Shown here: piece after piece, positions 8,269 through 18,430 of the stretch
How the letters are laid out: every line of letters begins with the position of its first letter
Position numbering within the stretch: position 1 is the stretch's first letter
Assembly: GCA_963701855.1 (NCBI GenBank)
Contig: CAVPBK010000006.1
Span: 928,001 to 992,000 of the forward strand
Reading direction: 5' to 3'
Length of the DNA: 64,000 nucleotides
Source: Nitrospirota bacterium
GTDB taxonomy: Bacteria; Nitrospirota; Nitrospiria; Nitrospirales; Nitrospiraceae
Made by a program: the position numbers and the translations under genes
The notes under the pieces: model-generated
The model's input: only the letters and a program-made list of their open reading frames with translations
Told to the model about the DNA's origin: nothing
The model's database searches: none

Positions 8269-10104
8269 TCAGCTGCGAGACGGAGTCGTGTTCGCAAGCG
8301 CTTTCCGCATCTCCGCAACGGTCTTGGCATCGAGGCCGGCTGCCGTCAATTCGTTGTCCGAGGCTGCAGCGATGTTCGCCAGATTGCCATATTGTTTGAG
8401 CAGACGGGCTCGTTTGATCTCACCGATGCCGATTATCTGATCGAGTGGAGAGGCCATAAGGGCTTTGCCGCGCAACTTGCGATGGAACGTGATCGCAAAT
8501 CGATGGGCCTCGTCGCGAATGCGTTGTACAAGATGGGTGGCTGGGGAATTCGTGCGCAGCACAATAGGATTTTTTCGACCAGGCAGGAAAATCCGCTCGT
8601 CTTTTTCGCCGCGTGCTTTGGCTAATCCTATTATTGCCAGGCCTTGATGGCCGACCTGTTTCAGCCCTTCCATCGCTGCGGCGAGCTGGCCTAATCCTCC
8701 ATCGATGAGGATGAGATCCGGGCGCGCGAGATTCTCACTCTCTCCATAGCGCCGCGTGACGACTTCCTGCACGCTGGCGAAATCGTTGGCGCCGGTCACG
8801 GTTTGGATTTTGAACCGGCGGTAGTCTGATTTTTTCATCTGGCCGTCTTCCCATACGACCATGGAGGCAACGGACTGGTTACCCATGGTGTTCGAGATGT
8901 CGAACCCTTCGATACGCCGAGGTGCGAAGTCCAATCGTACAAGCCGCTTGAGTTCTTCAACGGCCTGCCGTCCGATTTCTTCATCTCTCAGGTGATTGGC
9001 GACGGCGGCGCCGGCGTTCTCTTCCGCCAGAAGAAGCAATTGGTGCTTGACGCCCCGCTCGGGTGCCACAACGCGAACAGCGTTTCCGCGCTTGCCTGAG
9101 AGCCATTCTTCGATCACTCTGGCATCGTCGAGATCAGCGGGGATAAGCAGCTCTTTGGGCGGCTGCCCGTCTTTGTTGTAGAACTGTTCAATGGCGGATC
9201 GAACGAGTTCTTCGTCTCCGGTGTCGGCTGCATGAGGCCAAAAGAAGTCTTTACGTCCGATCAAGAGGCCGCCGCGCACGAAGAGGATCTGGAGATCGAC
9301 CGCCGAGCCTTGCCGCGCCAGGCCGATCACGTCTTGATCGGTCGTCGTCGTTTGGGTAATGCGCTGTTTCTCAAGCGTACGTTCGATGTTGAAGAGCCGA
9401 TCACGCAAGCGCACTGCCTCCTCGTATTCTTCACACTCAGCCGCCGCTTCCATCTGAGTGCGCAAATCGTCCAACAATTCATGGTCACGCCCTTCGAGAA
9501 ACTGACGCACCTGCTCGACGATGTGGCGGTAGTCCTCCTTCGATTGATTGCCGGTGCAGGGCGCCATACACCGCTTGATCTCGAATTCGATACAAGCTCG
9601 CTCCGCTTTGCCATTGATCTCAATGGTGCAGGTGGCCAAGGGAAAGGCTTTCTTTATGACTTTCAATGTCTCCCGTAAAGCGCCGGCCGGCGTGTAAGGA
9701 CCATAGTAGAGCGCGCCGTCTTGTTGCACGCGGCGGACGATGGAGAGACGCGGGAAGTCCTCTTTAATCGGCAAACGAAGATAGGGATATTGTTTGTCGT
9801 CCCGTAAGACCACGTTGAACCGAGGCCGATGCTGCTTGATCAAATTGCTTTCGAGGATGAGCGCTTCGAGTTCTGAGCGGGTCACGATCGTTTCGAGATC
9901 GGCGATGTGGCTGACCAAGACGGTGTTTTTCGGGGAATGGCCGGTCCCTTTTTGAAAGTAGGATCGCACACGGTTGGATAGGACTGCCGCTTTCCCGATG
10001 TAGAGCAAATCACCCTGCTTGTCTCTGAACAAGTAGACGCCTGGCTGGTCCGGGAGATGGTCAAGTTTGGATTGGAGTTCGACGGAAGTAGCCATCAGCC
10101 GCAT
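8269..10104 (-). CDS. uvrC: Excinuclease ABC subunit C
   Basis: GIY-YIG (PGVYLF..LYIGKA), RIEGFDISN, DLILIDGG.GQ, IRDEAHRFAITFHR, HhH tail. Start may be the Met near 10095. Confidence 0.97.
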   Translation of the reverse strand: MRLMATSVELQSKLDHLPDQPGVYLFRDKQGDLLYIGKAAVLSNRVRSYFQKGTGHSPKNTVLVSHIADLETIVTRSELEALILESNLIKQHRPRFNVVLRDDKQYPYLRLPIKEDFPRLSIVRRVQQDGALYYGPYTPAGALRETLKVIKKAFPLATCTIEINGKAERACIEFEIKRCMAPCTGNQSKEDYRHIVEQVRQFLEGRDHELLDDLRTQMEAAAECEEYEEAVRLRDRLFNIERTLEKQRITQTTTTDQDVIGLARQGSAVDLQILFVRGGLLIGRKDFFWPHAADTGDEELVRSAIEQFYNKDGQPPKELLIPADLDDARVIEEWLSGKRGNAVRVVAPERGVKHQLLLLAEENAGAAVANHLRDEEIGRQAVEELKRLVRLDFAPRRIEGFDISNTMGNQSVASMVVWEDGQMKKSDYRRFKIQTVTGANDFASVQEVVTRRYGESENLARPDLILIDGGLGQLAAAMEGLKQVGHQGLAIIGLAKARGEKDERIFLPGRKNPIVLRTNSPATHLVQRIRDEAHRFAITFHRKLRGKALMASPLDQIIGIGEIKRARLLKQYGNLANIAAASDNELTAAGLDAKTVAEMRKALANTTPSRS

Positions 10105-10218
10105 CCTTCAGCAATCAGCAAGAGACGGACACTTGTGTGGCACCATTCTAAGGCCCGAGCCATTCTGGGGCAACTTGGTAGTGGGATTGAGACGGATAGC
10201 TGACGGCTGATTGCTCGC

Positions 10219-11088
10219 TCAGCGCAAGCTACGCACAAAGGAGGGACTGAGGCTTCCCCGCGCGACTTCCGCGACTGGACCCTTCATGGTGAGGCTAAAG
10301 TCTGCGGCAACCTCGATGTTGAGCCGGCCTCCTGGCATCTTTACTGTGACGGGGCTCTTCACCAACCCAAGCCGAACAGCCGCACTCGCAGCAGCGCAGG
10401 ATGAGGATCCGGAGGCCTGAGTTTCACCGGCGCCGCGCTCCCAAATCAAGATAAAGAGTTCCTTCGGACCGGTCGGCACGGCGAGTTGTACGTTCGTTCG
10501 CTTCGGGAACAGGGAATGATTTTCTAATGCCGGTCCCAATTTCAGGAGATCCTCTCGCGACCATGATTGCCCGGCTGGTTTGAAGACGACACAGTGGGGA
10601 TTCCCCACACTTACGCCTGTGAAGGTGAGTGACTGACCTGCGGCGTTGATGGGTTGTTCGATTAGTTCGCCGGCTGTGAGGGTACAGGGGAGTGCCGCTG
10701 GCTTGAATGTGGCTCGGCCCATTTCGACGGTGACGGCACTCGCATCCCCATGCCGGTCCACATGCAGCGCAATCGTGACCAGCCCACCTTTAGTCTCAAC
10801 GGTGAAGTGATTTTTTTTTGCCTTGCCGGTGGCGTGAAGATAGCGGGCAAAGATCCGCAGACCGTTGCCGGATTTTTCCGCCTCGCTGCCGTCAGGGTTG
10901 AAGATGCGCAGACCGAAGTCCGCTCTCTTTGACGAGACCGGCGCAAGGATTCCATCGCTGCCGAGGCCCCAGTTGCGATCGCAGATCGCTTTGATTCTTA
11001 ATGGGGAGAGCGAGAACGACAGGTCTTTGGGGTCCATCACCACATAATCATTGCCCAGTCCATGCCCGCGGAAGAATCCATTCTTCAT
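10219..11088 (-). CDS. dapF: Diaminopimelate epimerase homologue with Ser at both catalytic Cys positions
   Basis: HGLGNDY, GLGSDG, FNPDGSEAEKSGNG, VGNPH, FPKRTNV, WERGAGETQASGSS. Confidence 0.85.
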   Translation of the reverse strand: MKNGFFRGHGLGNDYVVMDPKDLSFSLSPLRIKAICDRNWGLGSDGILAPVSSKRADFGLRIFNPDGSEAEKSGNGLRIFARYLHATGKAKKNHFTVETKGGLVTIALHVDRHGDASAVTVEMGRATFKPAALPCTLTAGELIEQPINAAGQSLTFTGVSVGNPHCVVFKPAGQSWSREDLLKLGPALENHSLFPKRTNVQLAVPTGPKELFILIWERGAGETQASGSSSCAAASAAVRLGLVKSPVTVKMPGGRLNIEVAADFSLTMKGPVAEVARGSLSPSFVRSLR

Positions 11089-11173
11089 GCACAGCTCCTT
11101 GAGTTGAGAGGAAAACAGGAGGAAATACCTAGCATGAACGGCGTGGAGAGGGAAAGAGGAGCGTGAAAAGTGT

Positions 11174-11572
11174 TCAGACGATCTTCACGCCAGACGGTCG
11201 TTCAATGAGTTCGACTTCGTATCCGTCTGGGGCATCGATGAAGATGAAACGGTTTCCGGAGGATGTCTGGGTCGGGCCATCGGTCACCTTGATGCCCTGC
11301 GAATTGAGCGATGCAATGGTGTCGTCGAGACTTTCCACCTGAAAGGCCAGATGGACGAGATCTTCCTGCACTCTCACTGGTCCGCTCTGAGGGAAACTGG
11401 TCAGCTCAATCAGCTCCTCGCTGTTGGGAACTCTCAAGAAAGCCAGCTGCGAGCCACGCGGCGAGACCTTCCGCTCCAAAACCTCCAACCCGAGAACGTT
11501 GGTGTAGAAGTTGATCGTTTGGTCCAAGTCGCTGACGCGCATGCGGGTGTGGAGGAGCTTTTGGACTTGCAT
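11174..11572 (-). CDS. VOC/glyoxalase I family protein (lactoylglutathione lyase-like)
   Basis: LLHTRMRVSDLD, IELT, HLAFQV, FIDAPDGYEVELIE. Confidence 0.88.
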   Translation of the reverse strand: MQVQKLLHTRMRVSDLDQTINFYTNVLGLEVLERKVSPRGSQLAFLRVPNSEELIELTSFPQSGPVRVQEDLVHLAFQVESLDDTIASLNSQGIKVTDGPTQTSSGNRFIFIDAPDGYEVELIERPSGVKIV

Positions 11573-11670
11573 AGCGTGTCTCAGGTTAGGAGCTTATAGC
11601 AGATAGCGTATAGACTATGGCCGGAAAGGCATCTCTCTGATTGGTCTTTCCTCATACCATACGCCATTAG

Positions 11671-12153
11671 TTATAAGCCATCAGCTCTTCTAGCTGGTCC
11701 GCCCGTCTTGCGCAGCAGAATTTCGGCGCTGCCCGGGATCAGAAGATCCGGCATGGGACCAATCTCTTGGTAGCCCTGTTTCTTGTAAAAAATCCTGGCT
11801 TGATCGTTGAAATCCGATACGCAGACGAATAGGTTCTTCACCCTCGCAAAGACCGCTGCTTCGATGTGGGTGAGCAGGCGCTTCCCCAGACCCTTGCCTT
11901 TCGCCCAGTCCGCCACTCCAAGCAGTTCTACATAGTCGCCGAGCAGAAACTTCTGACGAACGACCGCGATGCCGGCCACTCTGCCATTCTGGTCCACGAC
12001 ATAGCTGTCACGTCCCTGCGGGAGCGGTGCGAAATAACTATCCCAGTCGTTGGCTTGGTAGCCCAGTCGTTTCCACGGGTCGGAGCCGGCGAGCAACTCA
12101 ATAACGGCAGCTCGATCTTCCGCCGTCATGGGCCGAACAAATGAGTCGGTCAT
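11671..12153 (-). CDS. GNAT-family acetyltransferase
   Basis: KGKGLGKRLL acetyl-CoA motif and N..ARIFYKKQGY. Confidence 0.88.
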   Translation of the reverse strand: MTDSFVRPMTAEDRAAVIELLAGSDPWKRLGYQANDWDSYFAPLPQGRDSYVVDQNGRVAGIAVVRQKFLLGDYVELLGVADWAKGKGLGKRLLTHIEAAVFARVKNLFVCVSDFNDQARIFYKKQGYQEIGPMPDLLIPGSAEILLRKTGGPARRADGL

Positions 12154-12863
12154 GGGGCTGCTTCACCATTACAGACTAAGAGATCGCTCACGGTCATGGG
12201 GGTGAGATTGCGCTCAGGCAAGAGATGTTGGTGGAGATCTTGCACCACCTCGTGAGTATGTTGGCCTTTCCCGTTGGCATGCATCACGATGACGCTCCCC
12301 TTTCGGACAAACCGCTTCAGCCGGCCCTCGATTTGAAGCGCCGTGAGCGATGGGTCGGGATCGCCGGACACGACATTCCACAGAATAAATTGAAGGCCGA
12401 GGGCGCGGACTACGTTGACCGTGTCATCGTTGAACTCTCCATAGGGAGGACGAAACAGGGTCGCGTCATGATGGTACTTGGTTTTGAGCAGACGTACCGG
12501 TCCAAGAATTTCTTGCTCCTGCTCCCCCGCCGAATGGAGCGGCATATGGGCATGAACTTCCCCGTGGGTGCCGATTTCAAAGAATGGAACCTGAAGGAGG
12601 GCCTTCACTTGCCGATCATGTTTCGTGATCCATTTTCCTGACATGAAGAAGGTGGCGGGGATCTTCTGTTCAATCAAATAGTCAATTAGCCCTTGATCGT
12701 AGCCACCTCCGTTACGCACCGGGCAGAGATCGAATGTCAACGCGACTCCGGGACAGGAAGGCGCGCCTGATTTGATCACTTGGGCTTGCGTGAAGGAAGG
12801 CATCGCCGGGACGAGCAGCATTGCGAGGATAAGGCACAGCATGTGTGGGAAGTAACGCGGCAT
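12150..12863 (-). CDS. Secreted polysaccharide deacetylase (NodB-like)
   Basis: Start reassigned to ATG 12863 (MPRYFPHMLCLIL, signal peptide). LTFD, PATFF, HGEVH, FRPPYG and IVMH motifs. The upstream ORF extension runs through a repeat. Confidence 0.85.
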   Translation of the reverse strand: MPRYFPHMLCLILAMLLVPAMPSFTQAQVIKSGAPSCPGVALTFDLCPVRNGGGYDQGLIDYLIEQKIPATFFMSGKWITKHDRQVKALLQVPFFEIGTHGEVHAHMPLHSAGEQEQEILGPVRLLKTKYHHDATLFRPPYGEFNDDTVNVVRALGLQFILWNVVSGDPDPSLTALQIEGRLKRFVRKGSVIVMHANGKGQHTHEVVQDLHQHLLPERNLTPMTVSDLLVCNGEAAP

Positions 12864-12885
12864 GGTGGCAAGTATACCTGATCCC

Positions 12886-13233
12886 GCAGGCTGCTCAAAA
12901 TGTCCAGACTTCTCACCCGCCCAACCCCGGCGCACCGAGACGCGCCGTTCCGCGGGCAAGGCCGCAGCGAATGAAGCCCGGAGGAGGTACCGACCGCACT
13001 TCGTGTGGACCGTTTGTCCATACAATGGATCTTGGCGAACGGAAAAGTCCCACCAGTGCGTCCGACCTCCAAGGGACTTCTCTTCAACCTTGAGGATCTG
13101 AACAATGCGAGAACGACGCATGGAAAAAGGCGCGTTCCTGGGCAAGGAGGCTGTCTTGGTGGCCTCAGGGCGGGCGGGTGACATAGTTGCCCGGGCTGGG
13201 AGGGTGAGAAAATCGACTTTTTCAACAGCCTGC
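12886..13233. mobile_element. MITE-like dispersed repeat, family A (348 bp)
   Basis: Terminal inverted repeats GCAGGCTGCTCAAAA / TTTTCAACAGCCTGC, with similarity extending to TTCTCACCC. Lies between divergent genes. Confidence 0.65.
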
Positions 13234-13271
13234 CGTTGACGCTCGATTTCCCGCACTGTTACGGTAAACGT

Positions 13272-14423
13272 ATGGCTTTGCCCAATTGGAGAATCGGCCG
13301 TGCGCTCGGCATCCCGATTCACGTGCATGCCTCATGGTTTGCAGTGTTCTTCTTTGTGACCTGGTCATTGGCAACTGGCTATTTGCCTGATACGTTGCCC
13401 GGTCTGTCAGCTCCACGCTATTGGGGAATGGGCGGCATTGCCGCCCTCTTGTTATTCCTCTCCGTCCTTCTGCATGAGCTGGGGCATTCCTATGTGGCGC
13501 TGCGCTACCAGATTCCTATCAAGCAGATTACCTTGTTCATTTTCGGGGGGATGGCGCACATGGGAAAGGAGCCGCCCAGTCCGCGGGCCGAGTTTTTGAT
13601 CGCGATGGCAGGACCGCTCGTAAGCTTGATCCTGGGAGCTGCTTGTTTCGGCGGAACCCTGGCCGTGGAAACATTGTTCGCGCAACCAGGGGTACAAGGA
13701 CTCATCGTCCTCGGGAGCTTGCTCAGCATGGTGAATGTGCAACTCGGACTCTTTAACCTGATCCCGGGGTTCCCATTAGATGGTGGACGAGTCTTACGGG
13801 CTGGACTGTGGGCCCGGAATAAGGATTTCAATCGAGCAACCAGCCAGGCCGCGCTTGTGGGAATAGGATTCGGTGTCGCACTTGGGTTGACCGGCTCGGT
13901 CGTGATGGCAGGGGCTTGGTCTGGCATTCTGGGACAGTCCATTGCGACGAACGGGATCTGGCTGCTCTTTATCGGTGCATTCCTGTTTTCTGCGGCAATG
14001 GCAAGCAAACGTCAGGCGGTCCCGCGATTGTTGTTGGCCTCAGTGACGGTCCGTCAGGTCATGGTCCATCGCGTCGTGACTCTACTGCCGGATATGAGCG
14101 TGCAAGAGGCGGTCGATCAATACTTTGTCGCGCAGGGATTTGGTGAATTCCCAGTATGCGAAGAGAGACAGGTTCTCGGGGTGGTCTCGGTGGGAGACGT
14201 GCAAGCGCTTCCCACAACGCTCTGGCCATGGCGCCGCGTTCGCGAGATTATGCGTCCGACGTCGCCAGACTTCTGTATCCCTCCAGACTGGCCCATCATG
14301 CAGGCGATGGACCGCATGGTCCAGGGTGGATGGGATTGTCTCGTGGTAATGGAGAATGGAGAGATCGTAGGGCTCGTCACCCGATCGGCCATCGCGCATT
14401 ACGTACAGCTGCACAAAGCGTGA
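13272..14423 (+). CDS. Site-2 protease (M50, SpoIVFB-like) with CBS domains
   Basis: HELGH and NLIPGFPLDGG motifs, two C-terminal CBS repeats. Start at ATG 13272. Confidence 0.92.
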   Translation: MALPNWRIGRALGIPIHVHASWFAVFFFVTWSLATGYLPDTLPGLSAPRYWGMGGIAALLLFLSVLLHELGHSYVALRYQIPIKQITLFIFGGMAHMGKEPPSPRAEFLIAMAGPLVSLILGAACFGGTLAVETLFAQPGVQGLIVLGSLLSMVNVQLGLFNLIPGFPLDGGRVLRAGLWARNKDFNRATSQAALVGIGFGVALGLTGSVVMAGAWSGILGQSIATNGIWLLFIGAFLFSAAMASKRQAVPRLLLASVTVRQVMVHRVVTLLPDMSVQEAVDQYFVAQGFGEFPVCEERQVLGVVSVGDVQALPTTLWPWRRVREIMRPTSPDFCIPPDWPIMQAMDRMVQGGWDCLVVMENGEIVGLVTRSAIAHYVQLHKA

Positions 14424-14450
14424 AAGGGTTTTTCCTGTCACGTCTTACGC

Positions 14451-15809
14451 TCATTCGTTGGCGCGGGCGATGGAAATGTTCTGCGCGATGGAAATACGCA
14501 CGAGGTGGACTACCAGCAGGAATCCGTACACAACGCAAAAGAACTTGAAGGTGGCGCGGTAAAAGTCCGTCAAGAGAATGGGGAGGCAGAGTGCGAAGAG
14601 CAGACTTGCGATCAGCGTCACGAAGGTCAGCCGCTTGCAGAATTCATGGGAAGCTTCCCGTCCGATCTGTTTCAGCGCGCGAGCATAGCGATCGGCTCGT
14701 TGAAGTTTGGCGGCCCGCAAGGCGGCCTCCCCTGTGCCCCAGTAGCGCAAGTAGAAATAGCCACCCAGAATCAACAGCCATGGCAATCCCCACAAAGGCC
14801 AGTAGGCCGCTCCTCCGTAGGTTTCACTGCTGAGCAAGGCGGCGAAGGAGGGGGCGTAGAGCAACCCCATCACCAACGGCAGGACGCGCTCATCATTCGG
14901 ACGCTCGCCCTCCGGTCCGCCATGAATCAACTCCCGCTCAAAGAGAGGGTAGCCGTACTTGAGGACCACAAGCGCGATCGCCGCGCTCATGGTTTTGTCC
15001 GGAATATAGCGAATCCAATTCTGAAACCAATTCACGATCCACCAACTCAAACTTTCCCCCCAAGTAATTCCGAATAAGGATTCGAGGTAGAGATGCGCCG
15101 TTTGCTCCCATTTCAGTACGCGCAGGCTCACCGACTCAGCGACATCGGGATTCAAGGCAAAGATCGTTTGCTCATGCAATGCCGCTTGCACAAAAGTCCC
15201 CGGCAGGCTCATGACGATCGCGCCGCCGAACCCAAAGATATAGAGAAACCAGGCATGGGACAGGGCGGAATTGCGTCCCGCGCGAAGATATTTTTGAAAG
15301 CCTAGCTGCCTGGCCATCCAGCCCCAATAAAACGCACCGGCGATGTTCACCAACGACCAAGGGAAGATCACCACATCCGCCCCGGTTTCCGGATACAACA
15401 GCCAGTTGACGACGGAATTCGAGAGAAGGGCCACGATGGCTCCCCACCAGGGGCCCAAGAGAAACGCAACCAGCGCCGTTCCCGTCATGTCGAGAAACAG
15501 TATGCTCTCCAGATGGCGGCTCAACGTCAGCCCAATATAGTTGAGAAGCAGGCCAGCTGCGATGATGACGCCGGTTTCGTACAAGAAGAGATAGGAAACC
15601 CCGCGGAGAGGCTTCGACGAGAATAAACTGAACGAGGAAGGCGCATCAGCGGCCGGGCGCTCGGTTGGAGACGGCGACTTTCGTTCCTTCGTCGGGGTCA
15701 GCCGGTTTTTGACATCCAGCAGCTTCTCCAAGAGAGTCAACAGCGCCGCGATGAAGCCGATCACGGTGCCACCGAGCATGAGCATGTCTTTCCCAAAATC
15801 TTCTGGCAT
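14451..15809 (-). CDS. Polytopic membrane protein with an ECF S-component-like segment
   Basis: LFLDMTGTALVAFLLGPWWGAIVALLSN segment, many transmembrane helices, RBS GGAA. Confidence 0.6.
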   Translation of the reverse strand: MPEDFGKDMLMLGGTVIGFIAALLTLLEKLLDVKNRLTPTKERKSPSPTERPAADAPSSFSLFSSKPLRGVSYLFLYETGVIIAAGLLLNYIGLTLSRHLESILFLDMTGTALVAFLLGPWWGAIVALLSNSVVNWLLYPETGADVVIFPWSLVNIAGAFYWGWMARQLGFQKYLRAGRNSALSHAWFLYIFGFGGAIVMSLPGTFVQAALHEQTIFALNPDVAESVSLRVLKWEQTAHLYLESLFGITWGESLSWWIVNWFQNWIRYIPDKTMSAAIALVVLKYGYPLFERELIHGGPEGERPNDERVLPLVMGLLYAPSFAALLSSETYGGAAYWPLWGLPWLLILGGYFYLRYWGTGEAALRAAKLQRADRYARALKQIGREASHEFCKRLTFVTLIASLLFALCLPILLTDFYRATFKFFCVVYGFLLVVHLVRISIAQNISIARANE

Positions 15810-15971
15810 AGGAGACGGTTCCCTTATAGATAGTGCTGAGTGCCATTCTATCCACGAAGGGATATCCCCGCCAGCAAAAGTCCAGAAGCCGACAGGTTGA
15901 TTTGGTTCATCTGGTTAGTTTCATTCAACCAAATAAACAAAACAGACCAGACAAACCAAATAGCGGTCTTC

Positions 15972-16856
15972 TTATGTTGGCGGACCATTCGGCTCGATCA
16001 GGTCTGATTGAGCGGCTCTTGTGGCAACGGCTGACTGAACCTGCGCCTGTTGCTGGAGGTGGTGGGCGACCTCGGCACCGATCAGCAAGAGGGCCGCGGA
16101 GTAGTAGAACCATAAGAGCGTCAGAATGACTTCCAAAAGAGATCCATAGAGGTCGCCGTATACGGTCGCGTAGGTGCTATAGATCACGAACAAGAGTTTG
16201 GCAGCGACCCAGAGAAGACTAAACGTCAGCGCCCCGATCATCGCCTCACGCCATTGCGGCCGCCGCCGTGGGACGAGCCGATATAATCCCGTGACCGTGA
16301 AAAAGGCCAGCGAAAAGGGAAGCGTATAGGTGAGAAACAGATCATGGGCTGCGAGGGCTAGGAGGTCGAGCCCCCAGAGTCTTGGCGCGTATGCAGTTAA
16401 GAAATTGACCGCTTGAGTCGCGACGTAGGAGAGAATCAGTACGAGTCCGGTCACGCCGAGTGAGGCCACTGCGATAGCAGTTGAGATGAGGGGGTGCCTG
16501 CGCCAGGTGCTCTCGAACACGACGTTCAGCGCATAGTCGAGTTCGTAGAACACCAACGCGCCGAACCAGACGAACGCCAGAAACACGGCCCATCGGACGG
16601 TTTCTAAGGCGCTCACCCGTTGCAATTCCGTTACAACATGTTCTCCCATCGATGGGAGGAAGCCCTTGAGAACACTGAGAAGGACCTGTGCCCCGATCAC
16701 ATCCTGACTCACCACGAAACTCAGACCGTAGAGTAAGAGGAAAACGAGCGGAAAGAGGGAGAGCAAAGAGAAAAATGCAAGAGAGGACGCCAGACTGGCG
16801 CATCCATGCCGCAGAAACGATCGTACAAGATCTCGGAGAAAACGAAAAATCTTCAT
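15972..16856 (-). CDS. YihY/BrkB (virulence factor BrkB) family membrane protein
   Basis: ASSLAFFSLLSLFP, LYRLVP, YGDLYGSL, LLWFYYSAALLLIGAE. Confidence 0.9.
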   Translation of the reverse strand: MKIFRFLRDLVRSFLRHGCASLASSLAFFSLLSLFPLVFLLLYGLSFVVSQDVIGAQVLLSVLKGFLPSMGEHVVTELQRVSALETVRWAVFLAFVWFGALVFYELDYALNVVFESTWRRHPLISTAIAVASLGVTGLVLILSYVATQAVNFLTAYAPRLWGLDLLALAAHDLFLTYTLPFSLAFFTVTGLYRLVPRRRPQWREAMIGALTFSLLWVAAKLLFVIYSTYATVYGDLYGSLLEVILTLLWFYYSAALLLIGAEVAHHLQQQAQVQSAVATRAAQSDLIEPNGPPT

Positions 16857-16942
16857 AAGGCGCGCTGGGTAAAGAGCTTGTCACCAACGTAACACGAGTC
16901 GCCCTCTCGTGCACCTGTTGAGGGTGTCGACCGGTGAGAGGA

Positions 16943-18430
16943 CTATTTAAGCGTCAAGACGGATTGGAGCGCGAAGCTGACAAGAGGGTTGGGGTAAAGG
17001 CCGAACAGAATCACACCCGCGACGGCACAGGCCAACACAAAGGATAAGGCTGGTGAGGTCACGAGACGCGGGGGCGTGACGGAAGAGGGTTCAGGATCAC
17101 GCATATACATCACCATCACCACGCGCATGTAGTAATAGGCCGATACGACAGCGAAGAGTAGGGCAATGGCGGCGAGCCAAGCCAACCCTGCTTCAACCGC
17201 CGCCATGAACACATAAAACTTTCCGACGAAGCCTGCGGTCGGCGGAATGCCCGCAAGTGAGCCCATGAAAATCAGCATGAGAAAGGCCGCGAACGGCTGG
17301 CGTTTTGCAAGTCCAGTGAAATCGTCGATTTCTTCTCCCTCGATCCCGCCCTTCCTCAGCATACCGATAACGGCGAAGGCGCCGAGCGTCATGAACGAAT
17401 AGAGCGTGAGGTAGATCATGATACTCGCGAGGCCTGGCGTTCCACCGGACGCGCCGACCCCACGGCCTGCCGCCACAAATCCGATCAGCGCGTAGCCGGC
17501 ATGGGCGATGCTGGAGTAGGCCAACATCCGTTTGATGTTGGTCTGAACGATGGCGACGACATTGCCGAGCACCAGGGTGACAACGGCGATGAGCAGAAAC
17601 AGAAGCGACCAATCAGCCTTGAGCCCGCCGAGCCCTTCGACAAAGACGCGCATGAATGCGGCGAAGCTGGCAGCTTTTGCGGCAACCGCCATGAAGGCCG
17701 TGACGGAGGTCGGGGCGCCCTGATAGACGTCGGGCGTCCACATATGAAACGGCACCGCGGCAAGCTTAAAGAAGAAGCCGACGGCAATCAGAATCGTGGC
17801 GATCAGCACGAGAGGATCGTCCGCCCCGCGAGTTCCGATAGCGCCCGCGATCGATGCCAGTTTGGTGCTGCCGGCCACGCCGTAGAGTAACGAGATGCCG
17901 TACAGCAGAATCCCCGAGGAGAAAGCGCCCAGGACGAAATATTTTGCTGCAGCCTCCAGCGAACGAGGCTTAGACCGGTTGAGCCCTGTCATGACATAGA
18001 GCGAGAGGGACATGAGTTCGGTGCCGAGATAAATCGTCAGCAAGTCGGCCCCGGAGACCATGACCATCATGCCGGAGAGGGCAAGGAGGATGAATCCATA
18101 GTACTCACCGAGCTGTATGCGCTCCGCTTTCAGATAGGGCATCGACATGAAAATGGTCAGGCCGGCCACGCCATAGAGGAGGATTTTCCAGAATCTCGCA
18201 TAGGCATCGATCACCACCAGATCGCTAAATGCGGACACCCGGATGTTCAGTGCGTTGATCTGCCAGCCGGTAAGCCCAAGACAGAAGGCGAGGGCGCCCA
18301 CGCTCAGCCAAGCCAGGAGGTCTTGTCGTGAAGCGGGGGTAATGGGGTCTAATGAGATGACGAGACAAGCAGTAACCACGACGATAAGTTCGGGAAGCAG
18401 GGCTAAGAGATCAGCGCCGTACAGACTCAT
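16943..18430 (-). CDS. nuoN: NADH-quinone oxidoreductase subunit N
   Basis: EAAAKYFVLGA, FKLAAVPFHMWTPDVYQGAP, KRMLAYSSIAHAGY. Start at 18430 gives an ATGA overlap with nuoM. Confidence 0.96.
   Translation of the reverse strand: MSLYGADLLALLPELIVVVTACLVISLDPITPASRQDLLAWLSVGALAFCLGLTGWQINALNIRVSAFSDLVVIDAYARFWKILLYGVAGLTIFMSMPYLKAERIQLGEYYGFILLALSGMMVMVSGADLLTIYLGTELMSLSLYVMTGLNRSKPRSLEAAAKYFVLGAFSSGILLYGISLLYGVAGSTKLASIAGAIGTRGADDPLVLIATILIAVGFFFKLAAVPFHMWTPDVYQGAPTSVTAFMAVAAKAASFAAFMRVFVEGLGGLKADWSLLFLLIAVVTLVLGNVVAIVQTNIKRMLAYSSIAHAGYALIGFVAAGRGVGASGGTPGLASIMIYLTLYSFMTLGAFAVIGMLRKGGIEGEEIDDFTGLAKRQPFAAFLMLIFMGSLAGIPPTAGFVGKFYVFMAAVEAGLAWLAAIALLFAVVSAYYYMRVVMVMYMRDPEPSSVTPPRLVTSPALSFVLACAVAGVILFGLYPNPLVSFALQSVLTLK

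Noticed and set aside
12864..13328. Long N-terminal extension of the deacetylase ORF
   Set aside because: Read-through of the family-A repeat. The signal peptide starts at 12863.
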